64,000 bases of DNA from Eledone cirrhosa (lineage: Eukaryota), in assembly GCA_964016885.1 (NCBI GenBank), contig OZ024741.1, forward strand, positions 147,064,001 through 147,128,000, read 5' to 3'. The notes under the pieces are model-generated. The model did not search any database. It had not been told where the DNA came from and worked only from the letters and a program-made list of their open reading frames with translations. Shown here in pieces: positions 26,723 to 40,635 of the stretch. The position numbers and the translations under genes are program-made. Every line of letters starts with the position of its first letter. Positions within the stretch are counted from its first letter, which is position 1.

Positions 26723-29334
26723 TCATCATCATCATCATCATCAACGTTTAACGTCCGTGTTCCACGCTTACATGGGTTTGGACGGGGGTAGTCCCACTTG
26801 AGGCAAGAGTGATTGTCTTGCTCGCATAGGACTGTCTGGCAGGTTTTCTACAGTTGGATGCCCTTCCTAACACCAACCACATTTACAGTGTGGGTCTGGG
26901 AGGTTTTTACCGTGTTGCCTACACGGCCACATTACAGCGTGGACTGTGTGTTTTTTTGTCGTGACACCTACACGATCTCATTTGTTTCGGCCTGGATGGC
27001 GCGGCACCAACATAACTTTACATAGAACGGGGTGGTGTGGATGGGGTGGGGTGTGTGTGTGTGTGGGGGGGGGGGGGGGTATTTTGTTAGAGATGCCTAC
27101 TGGCAAGGCGGGTCTTCTCTGTTACTGAGTACCGCCAGAGGTCTCGGTCCAGTGACATTGTCTTGGAGAGGTGTAAGTGTGTGAGGTCTGAGTTTATCAG
27201 CTCATCCCAGGTTTTTCTAGGTCTGCCTATTCCGTGGCTACAGTCTATCTTTATTGCCCTGCACTTTGTTATACAGCTATCGACTTTCATGCGCATCACG
27301 TGTCCATACCAACGCAGCCTTCTCTCGAGTAAACAACATCTGATCCCTCTTATCTCTAATTTTTTCCTTAGTTCGTTTATGCTTTGCCGTTCACGTATAT
27401 TACTGTTACACATCCAGCGGAGCATGCAAGCTTCGTTCCTCTCTAGTCTGCGTATATCCTCTGCACACAATGCCCAGGTGTCACTACCATGCAACATTGC
27501 TGTTCGTATGCAGGCATCGTACAACCTGCCTTTCATTTTTAGGGAGAACCCTTTAGCAGCTAATAGTGGTATAAGCTCTCTGAACTTTTTCCAACCAGTT
27601 CTGACTCTAGCTACAGTACTTTCAGAGCACCCTCCCCCACTGCTGATTTTATCGCCCAGGTAACGGAAGCTGTCCAGTATTTCTATAGAACCCTCTGCGC
27701 AATTGAAAGAGTTAGTATTTTGTGGGCACTTGCTGCTACTTATTGCACCAGAACACCGGCCACATGTAAAATCTATGTTCTTAGTTAGCTTACCTGTGAT
27801 CCCACTACATCTTTTATGCACCCATACTTTGCATTTAGGACATAAAATGGAGTTTCTACCTACGCCTTTCCTACACACCGAGCACGACCATTTCCCAGAA
27901 GAGACCGCCGCCTTGTTTTCTTTCCTACAAACTAGAACTTTGGTCTTAGCCAGGTTAATTTTAAGTCCTTTTGACTCTAGGCCGTGCTTCCATGTTTGGA
28001 ATTTCTTCTCTAGCTCGGCCATTGATTCCGCTAAGAGTGTCAGGTCGTCTGCGTATAGGAGTTCCTATGGGCAGCCTGTCTTGAACTCCTCTGTTATAGC
28101 CTGAAGGGCAATAATAAATAGTAGGGGGCTGAGAACAGAGCCCTGATGGACGCCAACTTTTACGCTAAACTCTTCACTATATTCGTTGTTAATTCTAACC
28201 TTGCTGACTGTTTCTTTATACATGGCTTGTATAGCCCTCACAAGCCATTCGTCAACGCCTAGTTTTCTAAGAGCCCACCAGATAATGGAGCGGGGGACTC
28301 TGTCGAAGGCTTTCTCCAGGTCGACAAAAGCTAAGTAGAGGGGTTTACCTTTAGCTAGGTACTTCTCCTGTAGTTGTCGTACTATGAAAAGAGCGTCTGT
28401 GGTGCTTTTGCCTGACACAAACCCGAACTGCATTTCATCTAGGTCAATTCTCTCTCTGATTAGTTGCGCTATTACTTTTTCCGTGACCTTCATGACCTGG
28501 TCGATTAATTTAATGCCTCTATAGTTACTCCTATCTAGGGCGTCTCCTTTACCCTTATAACAGTTAACGATGATGCTGCTATGCCAGTCCTTCGGAACAA
28601 CCCCATTCTGTACAACTTGGTTAACTATGCGGGTGACCATGGTGTGTCCCACCGTGCCAGATGCTTTCAGCATCTCAGCAACTATTTCCGAAGGCCCAGC
28701 CGCCTTACCCGTCTTCATATCCTTGATTGCCTTACTTATTATACTCCCCTCGTCTAACACTGCTGGTCCCTCTATTGGGTCGATATGGGGGAGACTGTCT
28801 TTCTCCCATTTATTCTCCTCATTTAGTAGCCTTTCATAGTGACACTTCCAAGCTACCTTCTTATCAGTGTCGGTGATGGCAAGTATGCCATCATCGTTAA
28901 GTACACACTTCTCCCCGACAATATCACGGTTTTCCTTGACGCATTGCCTAGCAATCCTGAACACCTCACGTTTTTGGTCATCGCGTTGTAGAACATGCTT
29001 GAACTTTCTTTCCTCAGCTTCCCTTCTTGCTAAGTACACTTCTCTCCTAGCTTCCCTCCTGGCCACTTGATAGTCTACTCTACTTCCCCCATCCCGCCAT
29101 ACTTTCCAAGCCTGCTTTTTGGCCTTAATTGACCCCTCCACCCTACTGTTCCACCACCATGTTACTCTCCTCCTGCCTACAGGCCTGCTCCAGCCACAGA
29201 CTTCGTCTGTCGCCAACAGCAGGTTTGCTTTCAGAAATTCCCACTGTCCCTCTATATTGTCCGATTCTAGATGCTCTTCCTTACTGTCGAAAGCATCAAG
29301 TAATATGCTTTGAAATTTATTTCTGGCTGTGGGG
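26723..29334 (-). mobile_element. RTE-clade LINE copy 1, 5'-truncated, (GAT)n tail
   Basis: ORFs 28065-29216 and 27087-28022 are separated by one TGG>TAG stop. Motifs [49 protein letters not shown]. Confidence 0.93.
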
Positions 29335-29369
<35 letters not shown>

Positions 29370-29438
29370 CTATGTATGATATGTTGATTTAAAACTGCAC
29401 TACCCACAAGTGTTTTTAACCTTCATATCATGCCCTCC

Positions 29439-29509
29439 TATTTTATCTGATGAAAACACAAATGTTATTGCATGATGATATTTGTTTTTGAAATGCGCAT
29501 AATAAAATA
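29439..29509 (+). ncRNA. type I hammerhead ribozyme motif
   Basis: TATTTTAT-CTGATGA-[stem II AAACACAAATGTTA/TGATATTTGTTTTT]-GAAA-TGCGCA-TA-ATAAAATA: perfect 8-bp stem I, palindromic ATGCGCAT stem III, AUA site ending at 29501. Confidence 0.8.
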
Positions 29510-29550
29510 CATGGAACTCATTTAACCATCTTTTGATCTTATATATTTTG

Positions 29551-29638
29551 TATATATATATGTATATATGTATATATATATGTATGTATATATATATATA
29601 TGTATGTATATATATATGTATGTATATATATATGTATG

Positions 29639-29701
<63 letters not shown>

Positions 29702-29736
29702 GTGTATAAGTATATACATATGTATATATATATATG

Positions 29737-29781
<45 letters not shown>

Positions 29782-30002
29782 GTATGTATATATATATATA
29801 TATATATGTATGTATATATATATGTATATATATATATGTATGTATATATATATATATGTATGTATATATATATATATATATATATATGTATCTATATATA
29901 TATGTATATATATATATATATGTATGTATATATATATATGTGTATATATATGTATGTGTATATATATATATATGTATATATGTATATATATGTATATATA
30001 TG

Positions 30003-30035
<33 letters not shown>

Positions 30036-30146
30036 GTATGTATATATATATATGTATATATATATATATGTATGTATATATATATATATATATGTATGTA
30101 TATATATATGTATATATATATATGTATGTATATATATATATATATG

Positions 30147-30183
<37 letters not shown>

Positions 30184-30276
30184 CTATATATATATGTATA
30201 TATATATATATATATGTATGTATATATATATATGTGTATATATATGTATGTGTATATATATATATATGTATATATG

Positions 30277-30359
<83 letters not shown>

Positions 30360-30421
30360 CTATATATATATGTATATATATATATGTATGTATATATATA
30401 TATGTGTATGTATGTATATAT
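29551..30421. repeat. (TA)n/(TATG) microsatellite, ~870 bp
   Basis: Seen directly in the sequence. Confidence 0.98.
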
Positions 30422-30632
30422 AGATGCTGCTAACTTTGGCATTTGTATGATGCGGATTACTGCTGTCCCAGCTTAGATTTAGTGACAAGTCGAACATCTT
30501 ACCAGGTAGGCCACACTGGTACCTGTACCGTGCAGGTGAAACAGACTGCCTATGAAGCTGCATCATTTTAAGAGGGAACAATTTGTCAGCATTTTCTTTT
30601 CCTTTTACCAACATATATATATGTATATATAT

Positions 30633-33017
30633 ATCATCAACATCATCATCGTTTAACGTCCGTGTTCCACGCTTGCATGGGTTTGGACGGGAGTTTTCCC
30701 ACTTGAGGCAAGAGTGGCTGTGTTGCTCGCATAGGACTATCTGGCGGGTTTTTCTACAATTGGATGCCCTTCCTAACACCAACCACATTTACAGTGTGGG
30801 ACTGAGAGGTTTTTACCGTGTTACCTACACGGCCACATTACAGCGTGGACTGTCTGGCGGGTTTTCTACAGCTGGATGCCCTTCCTAACACCAACCACAT
30901 TTACAGTGTGGGACTGGGAGGTTTTTACCGTGTTGCCTACACGGCCACATTACAGCGTGGACTGTGTGTTTTTTTGTCGTGACACCTACACGATCTCATT
31001 TGATTCGGCCTGGATGTTGTGGCACCAACATAACTTTACATTGAAAGGGGCGGTGTGGATGGGGTGTGGGAGGGGGGGGGGGGGGTATTTTGTTAGAGAT
31101 GCCTACTGACTGTAGTAGGTTTTACTTTGTATTTAGGTAAGGCGGGTCTTCTGTATTACTGAGTACCGCCAAAGGTCTCGGTCCAGTGACATTGTCTTGG
31201 AGAGGTGTAAGTGTGTGAGGTCTGAGTTTATCAGCTCGTCCCAGGTTTTTCTAGGTCTGCCTATTCCGTGGCTACCGTCTATCTTTATTGCCCTGCACTT
31301 TTTTATACAGCTGTCATCTTTCAGGCGCATCACGTGACCATACCAACGTAGCCTTCTCTCGAGTAAACAACATCTGATCCCTCTTATTTCTAATTTTTCC
31401 CTTAGTTCGTTTATGCTTTGCCGTTCGCGTATATTACTATTACACATCCAGCGGAGCATGCAAGCTTCGTTCCTCTCTAGTCTGCGTATATCCTCTGCAC
31501 ACAATGCCCAGGTCTCACTGCCATGCAACATTGTTGTTCGTATGCAGGCATCATACAGCCTACCTTTCATTTTTAGGGAGAACCCTTTAGCGGCTAATAG
31601 TGGTATAAGCTCTCTGAACTTTTTCCATCTAGTTCTGACTCTAGCTACTGTACTTTCAGAGCACCCTCCCCCACTGCTGATTTTGTCACCCAGGTAACGG
31701 AAGCTGTCTACTATTTCTATAGAACCCTCTGCGCAATTGAAAGAGCTAGTATTTTGTGGGCACTTGCTGCTACTTATTGCACCAGAACACCGGCCACATG
31801 TAAAAATTTATGTTCTTAGTTAGCTTACCTATGATCCCACTACATCTTTTATGCACCCATACTTTACATTTGGGACATAAAATGGAGTTTCTACCTACGC
31901 CTTTCCTACACACTGAGCATGGCCATTTCCCGGAAGGGACCGGCACCTTATTTTCTTTCCTACAAAGTAGAACTTTAGTCTTAGCCAGGTTAATTTTAAG
32001 GCCTTTTGATTCTAGGCCGTGCTTCCATGTTTGGAATTTCTTCTCTCGCTCCGCCATTGATTCAGCTATGAGCGTTAGATCATCTGCGTATAGGAGTTCC
32101 CATGGGCAGCCGGTCTTGAACTCCACTGTTATAGCCTGAAGGGCAATAAGAAATAGTAGGGGCCTAAGAACAGAGCCCTGATGAACACCAACTTTTACGC
32201 TAAACTCTTCACTATATTCGTTGTTAATTCTAACCTTGCTGACTGTTTCTTTATACATGGCTTGTATAGCTCTCACAAGCCATTCGTCAACACCTTGTTT
32301 TCTAAGAGCCCACCAGATAATGGAACGGGGGACTCTGTTGAAGGCTTTCTCCAAGTCGAGGAAAGCTAAGTATAAGGGTTTACTTTTAGCTAGATACTTC
32401 TCCTATAGTTGTCGTACAATGAAAAGAGCGTCTGTGGTACTTTTGCCTGACACAAACCCGAACTGCATTTCATCTAGATCGATTCTCTCTCTGATTAGTT
32501 GCGCTATTACTTTTTCCGTGACCTTCATGACCTGGTCGATTAGTTTAATGCCTCTATAGTTACTCCTATCTAGGGCATCTCTTTTACCCTTGTAGCAGTT
32601 AATGATGATGCTGCTACGCCAGTCCTTCGGAACAACCCCATTCTGTATGACTTGGTTTACTATCCGGGTGACCATGGTGTGTCCCACCATTCCAGAGGCT
32701 TTCAGCATCTCAGCAACTATTTCCGAAGGCCTAGCCGCCCTACCCGTCTTCATATCTTTGATTGACTTACTTATTATACTACCTTCGACTAACACTGCTG
32801 GTCCCTCTATTGGGTCGATGTGGGGGAGACTGTCTTTCTCCCATTTATTCTCCCCATTTAGTAGCCTTTCGTAGTGACACTTCCAAGCTACCTTCTTATC
32901 AGCATCAGTGATGGCAAGTACGCCATCATCGTTAAGTACACACTTCTCCCCGACAATATCACGGTTTTCCTTGACACATTGCATAGCAATCCTGAACACC
33001 TCACGTTTTTGGTCCTC
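30633..33017 (-). mobile_element. RTE-clade LINE copy 2, 5'-truncated
   Basis: ORFs 32403-33017, 31770-32354 and 31133-31570 are nearly identical to copy 1; (CAT)n at the 3' end. Confidence 0.93.
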
Positions 33018-33024
33018 ATATATG

Positions 33025-33055
<31 letters not shown>

Positions 33056-33118
33056 TTATATATATAAATATATATATATATGTATATATGTATATATATA
33101 TGTATATATGTATATATG

Positions 33119-33149
<31 letters not shown>

Positions 33150-33282
33150 GTATATATGTATATATATATATATGTATATATGTATATATATATATATGTA
33201 TATATGTATATATGTATATATATATGTATATATGTATATATATATATATGTATATATGTATATATATATATATGTATATATG

Positions 33283-33371
<89 letters not shown>

Positions 33372-33403
33372 ATATATATATACATACATATATATATATA
33401 TAT
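33018..33403. repeat. (TA)n microsatellite
   Basis: Seen directly in the sequence. Confidence 0.98.
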
Positions 33404-35479
33404 AGCTCACACTGAGCAATAAAATCTAAGTATTTACAGAGTGAAAGACAATTATGTTATCACACTATAGAGTCGCTTTTCGTTATAAAAGTGCACAGCG
33501 GAGAGACACAGCTTCAGATGATGATACATCATCATCAACATTATTTAAGATCCATATTTCCACCTGGCATAGGCTAGATACGTCACCATAGACCAAGTGA
33601 GTATTCAATTGGAGCTACTGTCTTCTCAGACAAACTGGAGGACCTGCAATTCATTTACATACATTCCAGTGCTTTACAGGGTGCACTGGGTGCATTTTAT
33701 TGTGACACTGAGACTAGAGAAGTTGTCATCTCCTTGACTCAACTGAAGAGTTATAGGAAATATGATGAAACTGTATCAGACGTTCTAAACAAAAACCAAG
33801 TGTATCGATAACAGATTTCTTTGATCCAACACTATACAAGTGCTATTAGTTTAGGTTTTAAATTACTTGACATATTTGGCAACAATACAACTCAACAACA
33901 AATGTTTTAAGGTCATTCACCCTGTTAAAGCAGAGTTTAACTGTGAGGGCCACATGATGAACTTCATACTCATCATGAGGTCCTTTTCAAGGCAATGTTT
34001 ACAGCTGGTTGCCTCACTGATGCTAACCTTTTTAGTCATCTATTACAACATGCAACAATACAGTGTACGTATTGTAAACCAAATATACATATGTAGCCAG
34101 CATGGAGTAACACTGAACTGCAAAAAATTAATATTTAGTAAAATCAGTATAGAATTTTCAAGATATCGAACTTTTAAGCTTTCTTAGATTTTTCTGCGCC
34201 TAAGAATATAATTGTTGCATGTTCATTAATGTTGTTTTTATCTCTTAATGCATTCAGTATGGCTTATAGAATGTCATTATTCTACTAATTACTAAAACCA
34301 ATTATGCTATTTAAATGAGTAAATCATCTTGACAGTCTTTGGAGGATTGAAAATTGTAATTGTGAGTGCAATTGAATAATTTCTTAAAGTATTTTTGATT
34401 GCAATAAGCAAACTAGCTTTTGTGTGTATTTATATTGAACATAAAAGGAAGAGTTTTAGATGTAAAAGTGAGCAGTTCACTGTCAATTATGTTAAGATTT
34501 AAGAATATTGTATGAGTTGCCTTAAGGTCTTCATTATTTGTGGAGACATCTAAAATATTTTTTGTCACCATTTGATTAATGAACTCAGTCTTGGCTGCAT
34601 ATGTACAGTCTACATGTACACAAAAGCACATGCATTCACACACAGAATACATACACATACATGTAAAACACCCACAAACACACAAAAACATGCACATACA
34701 CATACAAACACACCCTCACAAATACAAACCAGACCACATACACACTTACCTAGGCCACAACACACACCACAGGAAACACATACATACAAGCACACCTTAA
34801 TATCTTATGGAGACATCAGCTGTTTTAGTACAAAACAAACTGTATGAAACCTTTAAGATATAACTTTATTAAATATAGAGCATTTGTGAAAGCATCTCAG
34901 TTTATTGCATTTTTTCCGTGATGATTCATTTTAAAACAATGTCCATCAACTCTTCTTTATTGAACATTTTAGCTATAACAGACACTGATTAAGTTCCTGC
35001 TCACCTCATGGATATTCTAATAGCTTTTGTTGTCTTCTTCATTTCTCTCTAGTAACTGAAATATCTACTGTGATATTTTTGACTTGTAGCTAAATTACAG
35101 AACATTAACAAGTTGTAATAATGATAAAAGTGGCCAGCACTGTAAGTAAATTTAATAACCTGAAGGAAAAGGCAATGACAAAGAACATCTTTCTTTAAGT
35201 GTAATCAAAATGAAAATATATCATCTTATAAAATGAGACACATAATGACCAAATATCTGAACCTCTATCTATAATAAAGTAAGAAATAATATTCTATCGA
35301 TGTTGTTCAGTGAAGTGTAGAACACATAATTTCATAAACAGTTTTTAGAGTTGAATTAGATACCATAAAATAAATAGATTGATCTCTCATGTTTCAGAGT
35401 TCAAGTTATTTTGGATTTCCTTAGACACTCATATTTTGAAATTCAATAGAATTTATACCAGTAATATATTAGTGTCAAT

Positions 35480-35902
35480 GATATTGTTGCCCTTGCCAAA
35501 AGTGATTAATATCTTGCTTGATTATAGATGCAGCTTGCCTCATTGAGTACAAGAAAAAGAGGAGAAAATTAACCAATACCAGGATTTAAAGTGGGAACTG
35601 AGAGGATTTGGGACTGTCATGAGATCAAGGTCATCCTCATCATCAAAGGAGTACTAGATACTATCTCAAAGAGCTTCCAAAGCTGGTTAAAGAATATTAT
35701 CCCAGCTTTTCTTTTTTTTTTGGATACTCCAAAAGGCATGCCTACTGGGAATAGCAAGGACTCTCCAATACCTTCTGAATATCTAAGGCTGCATCTAATG
35801 GCTTGATGTTCATTAGGGAAAATTTTCTAGTTAAATAGCATCAATGACTGAGATATGAAAGTAATAATGATAATAATGATAATAATAATAACTACAATAA
35901 TA
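35480..35902 (+). mobile_element. decayed 3' end of an RLE-type (R4/Dong-like) non-LTR element with (TAA)n tail
   Basis: Translation fragments IIDAAC..EKEEK..QYQDLKW..RIW..KVILIIKGVL..ISK..LQKACLLGIAR resemble the restriction-like endonuclease C-terminus. Confidence 0.55.
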
Positions 35903-36039
35903 TAGTGACTTGAAGAGCAAAAGTACATGAAGGTGGTCAATACTGCCTAACGTCAAGATAATTCCAGTTGTCATCAAAGATTTGGGCCTGATACTACTAA
36001 ATCAGAGAATATCAAATAGACTTCTTCTTCTCCTCAACA

Positions 36040-36640
36040 TCCTCATCCATCTCATCCTTCTTCTTTGGAGGGTCATGGGGGCAGAGTCCTCAAAAACTCC
36101 TTCCAACAGGTCCTATCAGAAGTAACTGTCTTCAATTGATCCAGCTGGATCTCCAAGAATGACTAGCCAAGCACATGGATATTATCCAACCTTCTGGCTC
36201 AGGGTCTACCTCTGGGTCTCCTGCAAGTTGGTTTTGCTTATAAAATCTGTCCAGTGATCCTTTCTTGAGACATACCCATAATATCGGAGCTGTAATCTTT
36301 CAATTTGAAGAAGTGGTAGCTCTACCTGGAGCAACTCTCTGATCTCCAAGCCATGGACTTTATTGAGTAACATTACTTCAAAGACCATTTGGAGGAATCC
36401 CATTTCAGCTGTTTTTGTATTCATGATCATAATCTTTTGGTCATTACCCAAGATTCATTACCATAGGTAAAGGTTGACATGAATAACAAATTGAAGATAG
36501 TGAGTTTGGCTGTTACACCTACCTCCCATCTTCAAGTGACCAAATTTTGAAGCTGGCCCATTACTGCACCAGCTCCAGCAATTCTTGCATTTAATTCTAC
36601 CTCCTGCCTTCCATCACCCATGGACACGGCCCCGAGAATT
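36040..36640 (-). mobile_element. decayed 3' part of a Rex3/Expander-like RTE LINE
   Basis: AEMGFL..IRELLQVELPLLQIERLQLRYYGY and a GRP motif. Confidence 0.7.
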
Positions 36641-37320
36641 ACAAATCATCCTGAATTACAAATTGCTTTCTGCACATATACTCAGAAAAGTCCTGTCTGT
36701 CAAAGGTCTTTGTTGAGATTCGATAGGCAGTAGATCTAGAAATTGTTGTATTTACTGTGCAAGCCATCAATAATAGCAACAATAATGTAAAATTCCAAAA
36801 TACACCGCTGTTTTTTTAATGAAAATCCAGATTTTTCCTGTTACATGCTGATAGATATACGCATACAAACATAACACATACACACACATACAGATACACA
36901 CAGCTTTGTACAAAGTCTCAAGTGCAGCTGCCATCTGGTTTATAAATACTGTAGATTATATGGCTGATAAACATATGTAAAATACTAAATATTATGAACA
37001 TTTACCTGGAAGTCATTCTGTCTCTATGCCTGTTTGGTTGTCTGTCTGTGTGTGTGCATTAGAAGGAGGGTTAAACCTGTCTAGATCTTCAAAAGCAATG
37101 CTACAGACTGCATTGAAATCATATCTCAAGACAAAAACTAATACATCTTATATAAAAAAAAAAAGAACATGAGTAAAACCAATTTTGGACGTTCAATAAA
37201 TTATCTAATGACTGCAAACAAATGTTGTCTGCTTCCAACAAATACAATACAAGATTTGTATGTGCAAGAATCAATGGGACATACAGCACACACTCCTTTT
37301 CCACTAGTTCTTTCTTTCTT

Positions 37321-37381
<61 letters not shown>

Positions 37382-37400
37382 AGAGAAAGAGAGAGAGGGA

Positions 37401-38000
37401 GGAACTGGAAATAGAACGGAAAATATATTTTTTAAAATCTGTTTTTCTTTTTTTCTTCTTTGATCTGTCAAAGTTAACTTTGCCTTTCATCCTTACAGGG
37501 TTAATAAAATAAAGTACCAGTAATGCACTGGGGTAATTGCTGGCCTTGTTTCAAAAGTAGAAACAATTATTGAAAAAATGAGAGGAACATTTTTTTTTTT
37601 AAAAGGAGTATATAAAATATATAAAATGTAACCGGTTTCCATGTATCAGTGTAATCCAGCTTATGAAATGTTGAATATTACAATTAAAAAGAATTAAAAA
37701 TTTTAAATTTCAAATTAAGTGTTGAAAAAAGTCAGTTCATCTTTCTTCTTGAGAAGATGAACAGACCTTCATCAACACTTTATTTTAAATTTAAAATTTG
37801 TAATTCTTTTTAATTGTAATATTCAACATTTGATAAGATGGATTACACTGATACATGGAAACTGGTTGTATTTTATATACATTATAAAACTCCTTTTTTA
37901 AAAATAAATTTTCCTCTCATTTTTTCAATAATGTCACTTTGAAAGATCAAAGAAGAAAACCAGATCCTTTAAATATATTTTCCGTGCTATTTCCAATTCC
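37401..38000. repeat. imperfect foldback palindrome with a SINE-A fragment inserted in the left arm
   Basis: Arms are reverse-complementary around ~37750; 37475-37565 is a SINE-A 3' half absent from the right arm. Confidence 0.85.
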
Positions 38001-38047
38001 ACTTTTTCTCTATAACCTCTGTTTTGTATAGAACCTTACTTCCTTTT

Positions 38048-38114
<67 letters not shown>

Positions 38115-38649
38115 AGAAGACATTGCTGATATTCAAAGAGAAGGAAATTATCATTAGTAGTTGGAAGTACAACTACTGATTTCCCTGCTTCAAATAAATG
38201 AGTAGTAGTGTATATAAAGATAGGAACAACATAGAGAGACTTTTCACTCTAGATATAGTCGATATATATATAGTATGTCGTATATAATTCTACCAGTAGG
38301 ATAGAAATATGACAGAATTATGCACTAATGAATTGAAAGTTGAAAAAAAAATGCTTGAATATTTATATATATATATGAACAAAAGTAAACTGTGTGTTTG
38401 TGTGCAAATGCATGTGTCTATACATATATGAAAACATAAGTTCATCATTATGTGCATTTCCATAGATATGTTTCTATATAGCTTACTCTGAGAAATATTT
38501 ATACACGTATGTATGTATGTATGTATGTATGTATGTATGTATGTATGTATGTATGTATGTATGTATGTATGCATGTGTGGGTGTGTTTGTGTGGGTGTGT
38601 ATGTATGTATGTGTGTATGTATGTATATATAAATCAATGGGAAAAGCAA

Positions 38650-39080
38650 GCTCTTAATCATGAAACATGTGGAAAGACAATTAAATCATGGTGACAACTA
38701 CTGAAAGAAACAAAATAAGCAAAAGCAGAGCTAAAATGAGTACAAAGAAAGGGTAAGGTTTAAAAATGTTGATTACTGGTATCCCAATTTCTGTCACCGT
38801 GCCTATCTCTCCAAAGTCGATTTTATGAAAAGGCATGAACATACAGAATATGTTGCAAATATCCCTGTACCTCCAGATGTGGCTGCTTGTGAAATTTGTA
38901 GCAAGATATGTAAGACAACCTCTGGGTTAAAACACCATGTGAAACGTTCATCAACATGAAATTTCATATCCAGATCCAATAAGGCCTGTACACACAGTGG
39001 TATATGTCTGTTATATGTCTAAAACCTTGTAAATCAGTTGTTGGATTGAAAGATCACCTGCTATCACTTGACAAGATGAA
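38650..39080 (+). pseudogene. decayed LINE (RTE-like) C-terminus with C2H2-type finger remnants
   Basis: CEICSKICKTTSGLKHHV and similar CxxC...GL..H units follow a charged helical stretch; no intact ORF. Confidence 0.45.
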
Positions 39081-40595
39081 GCAATTATCATGTATGTATG
39101 TACATACATAGATATCATCATCATCATCATTTAACATCCATATAACCCATGCTAGCATGGGTTAGATGGGTATGTCCCATTTACAGGCAAGTTGGGTTGG
39201 GTGACCATGTCTCACTCATACAGGACTGTTTCTATCTGGTGTTCTATGGCTGGATGCCCTTCCTAATGCCAACCCACTTACAGTATTTGTGAACACATAT
39301 ATACAAATACACAACACAAGCAGTTTATAGCCATTTTCTCTGCTACAACAGGGTTTAGTTTTGTTGGTTTCCTGACAAACATTTCTATTTTGTCCTATTG
39401 TCTACATAGGCCCTCACCTGCCACCTATATTACATTTCCTCCTCCATTATCTTTTTTGGTTTTTCCCTTCCTCTACTTCCTTCCACATTCATTTCTATCA
39501 CTCTTTTCATCCAATCACTTTTTTCATTTCCTCAACACATGACCCAACCATATCATTCCATTCTCCTCCCAACATTCATCACTGGCTCTATTCCTCTGCA
39601 ATTTTTTGTTTTATTTCTCTCCTAGGAAACCAAACCATTTGTCCACCAAACCATTCTCATTTTTGTTCTTTCCAGCCTTCTCACTGAGCAGAAATGTGAA
39701 GCTGTGAGATTTTTTTTCTACAGGCTATTATGAATACTGCATTGATATCTGGAACAAGTAAGTCCAGCATGGCTCTTTGAGATGAGATACATAAGCAAAA
39801 TATGTAGACCCAGGAGAATATATTACCATGTGAAAGCACATGACCTTGTTATCAGAATGTTCGATTCATGATCATGGGTTCAATTTGGGGACAGGACAAC
39901 ATATGTTGTTAAGCAAGATGCTTCTTTTCATGTTGCCTTTCATCATAGGACTCAGTCCTCTACCATTAAAACACCTGAGAAGCCTCTCAAATTGTATATA
40001 AGACTTATATGTTACATTTCAAACAGCAGCTTAATAATGAGAAAGGTAGTTATATTAAAAAATCCTTCAAAACTTTTAATAATTTTTTAAATTGTTGAAA
40101 ACCATAAGTAATGTCTTACTTTTAAAATATGGTAACAAATGGGTTGATACCCCCAAGAAACATCCAAAAGTTTCAGTTTCGAAGGAGGCCAGGTAAACCT
40201 GCATAGGTGTGAACTATAAATTTATCTCTTGTTTTTTTTTTTCATACATTACCACCCAACACTGACAAAACTAGAAGCAGACAAAACTAATAGATGCATG
40301 AAAAATATCATCTACATTCCTAGATCAATGAAAACATATATGAAAAATAGACTGGTTAACTGCTAATAAAAGTACTCAGACAGCTATCATTAGATATAAT
40401 GGATAGATCATTATTTTTTAAAACTTATATTACCATAAAAAATGCTGAGATATATCTTATGGAAAAAAATATTAAAACTATAATTTCCAGTTTTCAAGTA
40501 AATGCTTGCAGATTTCATACTGGTTTATAATTACTAAATAGTATACACTGATTGCATGTGCGCACGCACGCACACACACACACATACACAGACTT

Positions 40596-40635
<40 letters not shown>

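Noticed and set aside
36990-37110. Minus-strand candidate exon ending CAG|GTAAAT
   Set aside because: The frames examined contain stop codons and there is no other support.
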